Of a stretch of 45,623 nt of DNA, positions 36,052-43,983 are shown piece by piece. How positions within the stretch are numbered: the stretch's first letter is position 1; the number at the start of each line of letters is the position of its first letter. The notes below the pieces were generated by a model. That model did no database searches and was not told where the DNA came from. It saw nothing but the letters and a program-made list of their open reading frames with translations. Source of the stretch: an uncultured Bacteroides sp. (GTDB lineage: Bacteria; Bacillota; Clostridia; Christensenellales; CAG-917); NCBI GenBank assembly GCA_964499325.1, contig CAZCKS010000004.1:1-45623 (forward strand), written 5' to 3'. Made by a program: the position numbers and the translations under genes.

Positions 36052-36972
36052 ATGCGTATCAACAAATATCTTGCAGAATGCGGTGTGTGTTCACGTCGCA
36101 AAGCAGACGAACTTGTCTTGCAAGGGCGTGTAAGCGTCAATAAAAAGGTTGTCAAAGAAGTAGGTGTTGACGTAGACGAAACAAAGGACGTCGTCTATGT
36201 TGACGGAAAAAAAGTAGTGCGTGTCACGCACTATGATTACGTGCTATTTTACAAGCCGAAGGGTTGCGTAACCACTCTTAACGAAGATAATGACAATAAG
36301 AGCGGACGTAAAAAGAGCGACGCAGAGTTGCAAGAGATTGCCAACAGACAAGAAAAACTTGCGCAAAAAGGTATTGTCGAGGAGCCAAAAGAGTATACTA
36401 AGCCGAGAAAGATTATCACCGATTTCATCGGTGACGATTACAAAAACAAGCGTCTTTATCCCGTCGGTAGGCTGGATTATGACAGTGAAGGATTGCTTTT
36501 GCTCACAAATGACGGCAATATGACATACAAACTTACGCATCCCGCAAGTGAAATTCCCAAGACTTACATTGTCAAAATTGAGGGAACGATAGAGGAGAGC
36601 GATCTTGCTACATTGCGCAAGGGTGTTGTCGTCGACGGTGTAAAATACGGCAGATGCAAAGTTAAGGTTACCGGCATAGAAAAGGCAAGCGAAAACAAGA
36701 AAGCCACTATCAACCCCAAAGATGTCCTTGCAAGAGAGGCAATCGAGATGAGTGAAGACATGCAAAACGTGTTTACACGTCTCGAAGTTATCATTTTTGA
36801 GGGCAAAAACAGAGAAATTCGTCGTATGTTCGAGGCTGTTGAAAAGAAAGTTGTGTTCCTAAAGCGTGTTGCTATAGGCGAATTGCGCTTGGGCGGACTT
36901 GCAAGAGGCGCATATCGTCCGTTGAACGACGGCGAAGTTGCGTATCTTTTGGATTTGTGTTCCAAAGTTTAA
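36052..36972 (+). CDS. rluB: RsuA/RluB-family rRNA pseudouridine synthase with S4 domain
   Basis: MRINKYLA..GVCSRRKA, PVGRLDYDSEGLLLLTNDG, EGKNREIRRM; promoter TTGCGA-N17-TATACT at 35983-36011. Confidence 0.88.
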   Translation: MRINKYLAECGVCSRRKADELVLQGRVSVNKKVVKEVGVDVDETKDVVYVDGKKVVRVTHYDYVLFYKPKGCVTTLNEDNDNKSGRKKSDAELQEIANRQEKLAQKGIVEEPKEYTKPRKIITDFIGDDYKNKRLYPVGRLDYDSEGLLLLTNDGNMTYKLTHPASEIPKTYIVKIEGTIEESDLATLRKGVVVDGVKYGRCKVKVTGIEKASENKKATINPKDVLAREAIEMSEDMQNVFTRLEVIIFEGKNREIRRMFEAVEKKVVFLKRVAIGELRLGGLARGAYRPLNDGEVAYLLDLCSKV

Positions 36973-36981
36973 CGGTGACGT

Positions 36982-37743
36982 ATGAGAATTTTGATTGCAA
37001 ACGACGACGGATATTCTGCACCTGGGATAATTGCATTGGCAAACAGGCTTAAACAACAACACGACGTTGTTGTGATTGCTCCTATGGGCGAGAGATCCGG
37101 GACGTCGCACAGTGTTAGTTTTTTTAGCGGAATTACATACGAGGATAAGGGGATTATCGACGGCATACCGACGTATGCTGTCAGCGGTTCTCCTGCGGAT
37201 TGCGTGATTTTTGGAGTGAAACACATCTTTAGAGGTGAAAGGTTCGATGCCGTAATTTCTGGCATCAATACATGCCTTAATGCAGGTAGCGATATTATTT
37301 ATTCCGGTACTTTCGGCGCAGCACAAGAGGGGACATTCCATCGTATTCCGTCCCTTGCAGTTTCATTGCGTACTCACGGCGTGGACGATTATGCGTTTGC
37401 CGCCGATTTTATTGCGAGAAACCTTGAAAAATTGCTCTCTTACGCAAATGAAAACGTGACGATAAATGTCAACATACCTTGTGTTTTGCAATCGGATATT
37501 CTTGGAGTGAAAGTCGCACCCGTCGCATTTCAGCCCTATGATGAAAAGTATTATTCCGTATCTGACGAAAACGGCAATGACGTCTATTATGTAGACGGTC
37601 ATGTCATTAAACACACCGACGAGCAAGCGGGCGGAGACTGCTATCAACTGGATAGGGGATATATTACGGTTACACCCGTGCAAATGCTTTCGACTGATTA
37701 TGCCACGCTCAATCAACTAAAAGGAGTGTCGTTCGATTTATGA
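36982..37743 (+). CDS. surE: 5'/3'-nucleotidase SurE
   Basis: ILIANDDG, GSPADCV, SGIN, YSGT, INVNIP. Confidence 0.95.
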   Translation: MRILIANDDGYSAPGIIALANRLKQQHDVVVIAPMGERSGTSHSVSFFSGITYEDKGIIDGIPTYAVSGSPADCVIFGVKHIFRGERFDAVISGINTCLNAGSDIIYSGTFGAAQEGTFHRIPSLAVSLRTHGVDDYAFAADFIARNLEKLLSYANENVTINVNIPCVLQSDILGVKVAPVAFQPYDEKYYSVSDENGNDVYYVDGHVIKHTDEQAGGDCYQLDRGYITVTPVQMLSTDYATLNQLKGVSFDL

Positions 37744-38963
37744 AGATTTGCGTAATCGGCGGTGGCGCAAGCGGAATGGTTGCGTCTATATTCCTTGCAA
37801 GAGGCAAACAAGAGGTAATTTTGCTTGAGAAGAACGAAAAACTCGGCAAAAAACTCTTTATCACGGGCAAGGGCAGGTGCAATGTCACCAACGATTGCGA
37901 TATGCAAGATTTTTCTCGAGCAATAGTGCACGGAGAGAAATTTTTGCGCTCTTCTTTGTATGGCTTCACTCCTCAAGATACAATGGAATTTTTTGAGGAT
38001 TTGGGTGTAAAACTCGTTGTTGAGAGAGGAAATAGGGTGTTTCCATTCTCGCAGAAGTCGAACGATATAATAAAAGCGCTTGAAGTAGAATTGCACCGAC
38101 AAGGCGTTAAAGTGCGCCTAAATCAAACCGTTGAAAGTATTGATAAAACCTCTGGCGGATATATTGTAAAAACCGACGTCGGAGATGTTGAGTGCGACAA
38201 AGTCATAGTGGCAACCGGCGGTGTAAGTTATCCCTCAACCGGTTCGACGGGAGATGGATATAAGTTTGCAAAGTCTTTCGGACTTTCTGTTGTCGAACCA
38301 AAACAAGCATTGGTCGGATTGTTGCTTGCGCAGAATGTATCTATGCTTGAAGGCATTTCTCTTAAAAATGTTGCGCTTACCGCATTTGACGAAAACGGGA
38401 AAGTTATATCCGATGAGTTTGGCGAGATGCTTTTTACAAGAAGAGGCGTTTCGGGGCCTATAGTGCTTACGACATCGTCGTATATCAATCGCAAAAACGG
38501 AGTGAGGTTGTCTCTTGACTTAAAGCCTGCTTTGGATGTGAATATGCTTGACAAGCGTATTTTGCGAGATTTTGAGGAAAGAAAAAATCAGGATGTGAAA
38601 AACGTCACTCGAGCTCTCTTGCCTGATAGGCTCAACTGTTATGTGCTCAAAAGAGCAAATATCGCAGAAAGCAAAAAGGTTAACGAAATTACAAGAGAGG
38701 AAAGGGCAAGGCTTGTCGATACAATCAAAAATCTCACCTTCAACGTGAGTGCGCTTGCGCCATTTACGGAGGCGGTAATCACAAGCGGTGGGGTGAGTTT
38801 GAAAGATTTGAGACCCACTTGCGAGTGTAGACAATCCGACGGACTGTACTTTGTTGGCGAAACTATAGATATTGATGCGCTGACGGGCGGATTTAACTTG
38901 CAACTTGCGTTTGCAACCGCAGTTTGCGCAGTGAGAGATATACTCAAAAAAGACACTAAATAG
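37740..38963 (+). CDS. HI0933/BaiN-family flavoprotein
   Basis: GGGASG, TGKGRCNVTN, ATGG.SYP.TGSTGDG, TGGFNLQ. Confidence 0.92.
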   Translation: MKICVIGGGASGMVASIFLARGKQEVILLEKNEKLGKKLFITGKGRCNVTNDCDMQDFSRAIVHGEKFLRSSLYGFTPQDTMEFFEDLGVKLVVERGNRVFPFSQKSNDIIKALEVELHRQGVKVRLNQTVESIDKTSGGYIVKTDVGDVECDKVIVATGGVSYPSTGSTGDGYKFAKSFGLSVVEPKQALVGLLLAQNVSMLEGISLKNVALTAFDENGKVISDEFGEMLFTRRGVSGPIVLTTSSYINRKNGVRLSLDLKPALDVNMLDKRILRDFEERKNQDVKNVTRALLPDRLNCYVLKRANIAESKKVNEITREERARLVDTIKNLTFNVSALAPFTEAVITSGGVSLKDLRPTCECRQSDGLYFVGETIDIDALTGGFNLQLAFATAVCAVRDILKKDTK

Positions 38964-38992
38964 ACAAAATTTCATTCGATTTCGGAGGAAAT

Positions 38993-40420
38993 ATGATTAA
39001 CATAGCAATAGACGGCCCTGCCGGCGCAGGGAAAAGCACCATTGCAAAAACCGTAGCAAAAGACCTTGGTATCATTTATCTCGATACCGGGGCAATGTAT
39101 CGCGCGACGGCGTATTACGCAATCTCTCTCGGCATTGACGTAAAAGACGAGGAAAAGATCGCCAAAATGCTTGAAACGCTTGAAATGGACATCTCTTATG
39201 ACGAGAGCGGAGCACAACAAATTATCGTTTGCGGGATCAATGCCACACCTTTCTTGAGGGAACATTATATGTCAAAGGCTGCAAGCGATATATCGGCGCT
39301 TCCTTGCGTGAGATACAAGATGGTGGGTTTACAACGTCAATTTGCTCAAAAGCACGATGTTGTGCTTGACGGAAGGGATATAGGCACATTTGTATTGCCC
39401 AATGCCAACTGCAAGTTTTATCTTGACGCCACGCCCGAAGAGCGAGCGAACAGACGTTTTGCAGAACTTGAAAAGAAGGGCGAAAGCGTTGATTACGATA
39501 CGCTTTTGAATGATATAAAACAGAGAGATTACAACGATTCACACCGTGAGGTTGCTCCGCTTAAAAAGGCGGATGACGCAGACTATGTGGACACCACGTC
39601 TATGGCAATCGAAGATGTTGTCGCTCACGTAAAAGAGGTTGTGCATATAAAAATGAAAGAAAGCAATCCAGCCGAACAGAATACACAAAAACACGAGAGT
39701 ACGATTATTCCGAGTAGCGAAATGGACGCTAAAACTCTTGAGAGAATAAAAGGGTATTATAAGCCGAGAAAGAATTTTGGATTGTATAGATTTTTGCGTT
39801 TCATACTCCGTCCGCTTCAATGCGTGATTTGGCCGACAAAGGTGGTTAATCCCGAAAACGCCAAGAAGGTTCAAGGTGCAATTTTCACATGCAATCACTA
39901 TTCAAAAATCGACTCGGTTATCCCGTATTTTACGCTCTTCAAAAAAGAAGCGCATGCGCTTGCGAAATATGAACTTTTCACAAACCCGATTGCAGGTTGG
40001 TTCTTGCACATAATGGGTGCGATACCCGTGCGTAGAGGCGAGGCGGATATCGAGTCTGTAAAACAAGTGCTTAAAGTGCTGAAGAGCGGAAAGCAACTGT
40101 TGATTTTCCCCGAAGGCACTCGCAATAAAGAGGGCTCGCAAGAAATGGCGGAATTCAAGACGGGTACGGCACGCTTTGCAATCAAGACAAAAGTGCCGAT
40201 TGTCCCTATGATTTATTATCGTTCGCCAAAGGCGTTCCAAAAGAACTGGCTGTATGTTGGCGAACCGTTTACGCTTGAAGAGTTTTACGGCGCACGCACA
40301 CCGGAAGAAAACCACAAGGCGACGGAAATTATCCGTGAAAAGATGGACGAAACACGTCGCTTGTGCAACGAATATGCCGAGAATTGCTTGAATAAGGGCA
40401 AGAAAAAGGTTGAAAAATAA
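38993..40420 (+). CDS. cmk: Fusion of cytidylate kinase and 1-acyl-sn-glycerol-3-phosphate acyltransferase (Cmk::PlsC)
   Basis: N-terminal IDGPAGAGKST, YLDTGAMYRA, DGRDIGT; C-terminal NHYSKID, AKYELF, FPEGTR in one reading frame. Confidence 0.92.
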   Translation: MINIAIDGPAGAGKSTIAKTVAKDLGIIYLDTGAMYRATAYYAISLGIDVKDEEKIAKMLETLEMDISYDESGAQQIIVCGINATPFLREHYMSKAASDISALPCVRYKMVGLQRQFAQKHDVVLDGRDIGTFVLPNANCKFYLDATPEERANRRFAELEKKGESVDYDTLLNDIKQRDYNDSHREVAPLKKADDADYVDTTSMAIEDVVAHVKEVVHIKMKESNPAEQNTQKHESTIIPSSEMDAKTLERIKGYYKPRKNFGLYRFLRFILRPLQCVIWPTKVVNPENAKKVQGAIFTCNHYSKIDSVIPYFTLFKKEAHALAKYELFTNPIAGWFLHIMGAIPVRRGEADIESVKQVLKVLKSGKQLLIFPEGTRNKEGSQEMAEFKTGTARFAIKTKVPIVPMIYYRSPKAFQKNWLYVGEPFTLEEFYGARTPEENHKATEIIREKMDETRRLCNEYAENCLNKGKKKVEK

Positions 40421-40429
40421 TAATGCTTT

Positions 40430-40457
40430 TCGTCGCAAGCGCATTTGCTTGCGACGA
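40430..40457 (+). terminator. Strong hairpin between cmk-plsC and ispH (weak terminator or processing site)
   Basis: TCGTCGCAAGC-GCATTT-GCTTGCGACGA-TTT. Confidence 0.5.
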
Positions 40458-40474
40458 TTTGATATGGAGTGAAT

Positions 40475-42817
40475 ATGAAAGTTATTCTTGCAGAGCATGC
40501 AGGATTTTGCAAGGGCGTAAAGAGCGCGGTGGATATGGCTATATCCCTTGCAAAAGAATACGGCAAAATTTACACGTTGGGAGAACTTGTGCATAACGAA
40601 CTCGTCACGGAGTATCTCAACGATTTGGGCGCACAATGTATAAGAGTGGAGGACGCCGTCAATCTCAAAGCAGGCGACGTTGCTCTTATAAGAGCGCACG
40701 GCATAGAAAAGAGCATTGAAGATGATTTGCGCAAAAGAGGCGTTATCATATTTGATGCTACATGTCCCGTTGTAAAACGCAATCAAAATCTTGCAAAAGA
40801 AAGGGCAGACGCAGGGGATGATATTATCCTTATCGGCGATGCAAAGCACGATGAAGTTGTCGGCGTTCTTTCCTATTGCGGAGACAATGTGCGTGTGTTT
40901 TCCGATAGCGAAGATGTGCAAATTGGAGAAAATCCGACGTCGATTTTGTTTCAGACCACGATTTTGCCCGAAAAATTTGAAAAAATCGAGAAATTTGCAA
41001 AGAATTTTCAAAAAAACACCGACAAATTAGTTGGCATTTTAAATACAATTTGTTATACTACAAAAGCAAAACAAGACGAAGCACGCGCACTTGCTCAAAA
41101 GACGGATGCGGTTTTGGTGCTCGGAAGCCATACCAGCGCAAACACAAGACGTTTGTGGGAGGTGGCAAAAGAGGTCAATCCCAACACTTATTTTGCGCAG
41201 AGCGTAAGCGACGTGTTGTCAATGCAAAATTTTTTCAAGGATATTCAAAGTGTATCGATTGTCGCAGGAGCGTCGACTCCGCCGTGGTTGATACAGGAGG
41301 TAACAAAACTTATGAGTGAAACTCAAAAGAACACTGTTGAAACAGTAGAAACTGAAGTGCAAAACGAGGCAACACTTCAAGAGCAACAAGTAGCAGAAAA
41401 AGAACCCACCACTATGGCGGACCTTATGAAGAGCGCAAACTCTGTCGGTTATACCAACTATAAAGTCGGCAAACGCATCAGAGGCAAAGTTATCAGCGCA
41501 GGCGAGAACGGCATTTATGTCGCAATCGGCGGAAAGAAAGACGGTTTCATCGACAAGAGCGAAGCATCTTTGGACGGCAATTACAATCCTGCCGACTATA
41601 AAGAGGGCGACGAAGTCCAAGCAACCATCACAGCAGTCAACAAAGAGTATGTTGCACTTTCCAAGAAAGAGGTCGACGCTATCCGTCAAGAGGAAGCAGA
41701 GGCAGAAAAGGCTCTTGCTCAAGGCGAATTTACTTTGACAATGACAGAAGTTGTTAAGGGTGGTTTGAGAGGCAGACTCGGTCAATATACGATTTTCGTT
41801 CCGGCAAGCCAAATCAGAATGGGTTATGTAAGCAATCTCGAAGATTACAAGGGCAAAACGCTCCGCTTGACGCTCATGCCTCCGAAGGATAAAGAAAACA
41901 CAGTTGCAGAGGGTGAAGAAGCCGTCGCAACAGAAGATAAACCCCAAAAGAAATCAAGATATCTCTTTGCATCTCAACGTATCATTCTCGAAAGAGAGAA
42001 ACAAGAGAAAGAAGATTTGTTCTGGAACAACATCCATGTGCACGACATCGTCACGGGTAAGGTTAAGAGATTTACTCAATTCGGCGCATTCGTAAACGTT
42101 CGCGGTTTCGATTGCCTCGCACACATCTCTGAACTTTCTTGGAACAAGATTACCGATCCTGCAAGCGTTCTTACAATCGGCGAGAGTTATGACTTTGTCG
42201 TCCTTAAGATGGATAGAGAGACTGGCAAGATTTCTCTTGGCTTCAAACAACTTCAAAAGAAACCTTATGAAGTCGCAGCAGAGAAGTTCCCCGTCGGTAC
42301 CGTTATCAAGGGCAAAGTTGAGAGAATCTTCCCGTATGGCGCATTCGTATCTATCGATGACGGCGTTGACGGACTCGTACACGTATCTCAAATTTCTCAC
42401 AACTGGATTAAGGATGCAAACGAGGCATTGACAGTCGGTCAAGAAGTTGAAGCAAAGATTATCGGCTTTGATGACAACCGCATTACGCTCTCTATTAAGG
42501 AATTGCTCCCCGCACCCGAAGAGACCACACAAAACGCTGAAACAGAAACTGAAGCATCCGATGAAGAAAAGGCTGCGAAGAGAAGTTCCAGAGTTAAGAA
42601 GTTTGAACAAAAAGTCGCAGACGGCGAGAACAAGCGTGAACGTCGCAGTGCGAAGAAAGAGACTTCCAATGAGCCTAAAGAATGGGTTTCTGGTAGTTCA
42701 ACCGCAACACTCGGCGATTTGTTCAAAAACCTCAATCTCAATCTTGAAGACGAAGTAGTTGAAGAAGCACCTGCAAAAAAGACTACTCGCAAGAAAAAAG
42801 TTGAGGATGCCGAATAA
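40475..42817 (+). CDS. ispH: Fusion of HMBPP reductase IspH and ribosomal protein S1
   Basis: AGFCKGV, VHN, RAHG, DATCP, HDEV, QTT, TIC, AGASTP, followed by four S1 repeats (e.g. FGAFV..LAHISE, YGAFV..LVHVSQ). Confidence 0.96.
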   Translation: MKVILAEHAGFCKGVKSAVDMAISLAKEYGKIYTLGELVHNELVTEYLNDLGAQCIRVEDAVNLKAGDVALIRAHGIEKSIEDDLRKRGVIIFDATCPVVKRNQNLAKERADAGDDIILIGDAKHDEVVGVLSYCGDNVRVFSDSEDVQIGENPTSILFQTTILPEKFEKIEKFAKNFQKNTDKLVGILNTICYTTKAKQDEARALAQKTDAVLVLGSHTSANTRRLWEVAKEVNPNTYFAQSVSDVLSMQNFFKDIQSVSIVAGASTPPWLIQEVTKLMSETQKNTVETVETEVQNEATLQEQQVAEKEPTTMADLMKSANSVGYTNYKVGKRIRGKVISAGENGIYVAIGGKKDGFIDKSEASLDGNYNPADYKEGDEVQATITAVNKEYVALSKKEVDAIRQEEAEAEKALAQGEFTLTMTEVVKGGLRGRLGQYTIFVPASQIRMGYVSNLEDYKGKTLRLTLMPPKDKENTVAEGEEAVATEDKPQKKSRYLFASQRIILEREKQEKEDLFWNNIHVHDIVTGKVKRFTQFGAFVNVRGFDCLAHISELSWNKITDPASVLTIGESYDFVVLKMDRETGKISLGFKQLQKKPYEVAAEKFPVGTVIKGKVERIFPYGAFVSIDDGVDGLVHVSQISHNWIKDANEALTVGQEVEAKIIGFDDNRITLSIKELLPAPEETTQNAETETEASDEEKAAKRSSRVKKFEQKVADGENKRERRSAKKETSNEPKEWVSGSSTATLGDLFKNLNLNLEDEVVEEAPAKKTTRKKKVEDAE
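41031..41059 (+). promoter_or_regulatory. Internal sigA promoter inside ispH
   Basis: TTGGCA-N17-TATACT with TGn extension and upstream A-tract. Confidence 0.6.
41312..42817 (+). CDS. rpsA: Putative stand-alone S1 isoform from an internal in-frame start
   Basis: SD AGGAGGT (41295-41301), in-frame ATG at 41312 at the IspH/S1 boundary. Confidence 0.6.
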   Translation: MSETQKNTVETVETEVQNEATLQEQQVAEKEPTTMADLMKSANSVGYTNYKVGKRIRGKVISAGENGIYVAIGGKKDGFIDKSEASLDGNYNPADYKEGDEVQATITAVNKEYVALSKKEVDAIRQEEAEAEKALAQGEFTLTMTEVVKGGLRGRLGQYTIFVPASQIRMGYVSNLEDYKGKTLRLTLMPPKDKENTVAEGEEAVATEDKPQKKSRYLFASQRIILEREKQEKEDLFWNNIHVHDIVTGKVKRFTQFGAFVNVRGFDCLAHISELSWNKITDPASVLTIGESYDFVVLKMDRETGKISLGFKQLQKKPYEVAAEKFPVGTVIKGKVERIFPYGAFVSIDDGVDGLVHVSQISHNWIKDANEALTVGQEVEAKIIGFDDNRITLSIKELLPAPEETTQNAETETEASDEEKAAKRSSRVKKFEQKVADGENKRERRSAKKETSNEPKEWVSGSSTATLGDLFKNLNLNLEDEVVEEAPAKKTTRKKKVEDAE

Positions 42818-42843
42818 TTTGAATATCCGAAAAATATAAATGG

Positions 42844-42869
42844 AAAGCACCGCTTATGCGGTGCTTTTT
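42844..42869 (+). terminator. Terminator after ispH-rpsA
   Basis: AAAGCACCGC-TTAT-GCGGTGCTTTTT. Confidence 0.85.
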
Positions 42870-42885
42870 GTATGCTGGTTTTGTA

Positions 42886-42913
42886 TAAAAATATACGCGC
42901 GTGTGCGCGTATA
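42886..42913 (-). terminator. Terminator after rnhA
   Basis: Minus strand TATACGCGC-ACAC-GCGCGTATA-TTTTT. Confidence 0.65.
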
Positions 42914-42923
42914 CTATAATGTT

Positions 42924-43406
42924 TTAGATATTGTCGGGGATTGGCGGTAGTTCTATTGGCAAAGTCTTTTGCATGTCTTTGATTGCCGTTCGCGCAAGAT
43001 AGTCGCAACGATTGTTGAGTTCGTTATCGGCATGCCCTTTGACCTTTACAAAACTTACTTCGTGGATTTGCATGAGGGAGAGAAGTTCTTTCCAAAGATC
43101 TACATTTTTCACCTCGTCTTTGCTTGAGGTGCGCCAGCCTTTCATTATCCAGCCGTTTATCCATCCTTGAAGGAAGGGTTCAACAGAATATGCACTGTCG
43201 CTATACACGGTGACAATGCAAGGCTCTTTGAGCATTTTAAGCCCCTGAATGATTGCCGTAAGTTCCATGCGGTTGTTTGTGGTGGCTTTTTCCGCTCCGC
43301 TTGCTTCTTTCTTGTGGTTTTTGTAGAGCATTACACAGCCCCAACCGCCGATACCGGGGTTGCCTGAACATGCGCCGTCAGTGTAGATTTCAACTTTCTT
43401 TTTCAT
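42924..43406 (-). CDS. rnhA: Ribonuclease HI
   Basis: IYTDGACSGNPG, TTNNRMEL, YSDS, VKNVDLW, VKGHAD..NNRCD. Confidence 0.97.
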   Translation of the reverse strand: MKKKVEIYTDGACSGNPGIGGWGCVMLYKNHKKEASGAEKATTNNRMELTAIIQGLKMLKEPCIVTVYSDSAYSVEPFLQGWINGWIMKGWRTSSKDEVKNVDLWKELLSLMQIHEVSFVKVKGHADNELNNRCDYLARTAIKDMQKTLPIELPPIPDNI

Positions 43407-43412
43407 ACTTTT

Positions 43413-43441
43413 ATTGTACATAAAATTCCTATAATTTGCAA
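43413..43441 (-). promoter_or_regulatory. sigA promoter of rnhA, predicted leaderless
   Basis: Minus strand TTGCAA-N17-TACAAT, then 6 nt to ATG 43406; no SD. Confidence 0.7.
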
Positions 43442-43470
43442 GATATATTGATCAATAGTTAATTTGTTGT

Positions 43471-43498
43471 AAAAAAGAAAAGACCAAAGGTCTTTTCT
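43471..43498 (-). terminator. Terminator after tRNA-Trp
   Basis: Minus strand AGAAAAGACC-TTT-GGTCTTTTCT followed by a T-tract. Confidence 0.75.
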
Positions 43499-43573
43499 TG
43501 GCAGGGGAGACGCGATTCGAACACGCAACCGACGGTTTTGGAGACCGTTGCTCTACCGTTGAGCCACTCCCCT
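43499..43573 (-). tRNA. trnW: tRNA-Trp (anticodon CCA), 3' CCA encoded
   Basis: AGGGGAG acceptor stem, anticodon loop CT-CCA-AA, GTTCGAAT T-loop, ends GCCA; promoter TTGACT-N17-TATAAT at 43597-43625. Confidence 0.97.
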
Positions 43574-43704
43574 AAGGGTTATTTTCAAGCGTTTTGATTA
43601 TAGCAATTATTATAAAAATAGTCAATAATTTGCAAGTATTTACTAAAAAATACTGTTTTAGTATATTTATATCCGGTATGTGATGGAAAACTGTAGAACA
43701 AAAG

Positions 43705-43783
43705 TGTCATTCTGAGCGCAGTCGAAGAATCCAGCCGTAGGCGCACCACACACTGTCATTGCGAGCGTAAGCGTGGCAATCTC
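43705..43783 (+). repeat. Two tandem short palindromic REP-like units
   Basis: TGTCATTCTGAGCGCAGTCGAAGAATCC (43705-43732) and TGTCATTGCGAGCGTAAGCGTGGCAATCTC (43754-43783). Confidence 0.65.
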
Positions 43784-43934
43784 CTGGAAAGGAAGGCTCT
43801 AAATTATTAACAAACGCGCGAAAGTGCGCAATAGCAAGTCAACAATTTGGCGGAATTGCGGTTTGAGTTTTTGTCCTTGATTGATTTGATAGTACAAATT
43901 TTTGACGTGGTAGTAGTAACAAAATCAAGTAAAT

Positions 43935-43963
43935 AAAAGGAAGGCACATTTGGTGTGCCTTCC
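43935..43963 (-). terminator. Terminator after the last ORF
   Basis: GGAAGGCACA-TTTGG-TGTGCCTTCC with an A-tract on the left. Confidence 0.75.
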
Positions 43964-43983
43964 GTAAACTTGTGATGATTTTG

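Noticed and set aside
42891-42914. 24-nt alternating purine/pyrimidine tract (Z-DNA candidate)
   Set aside because: Explained as the hairpin of the rnhA terminator; similar tracts elsewhere lie mostly in coding sequence
43499-43573. Possible UGA-to-Trp recoding or tRNA-targeted integration site
   Set aside because: Anticodon is CCA, TGA ends several genes at the expected place (engB, mraZ, spoVD, sigE), and no duplicated tRNA 3' end or integrase is present
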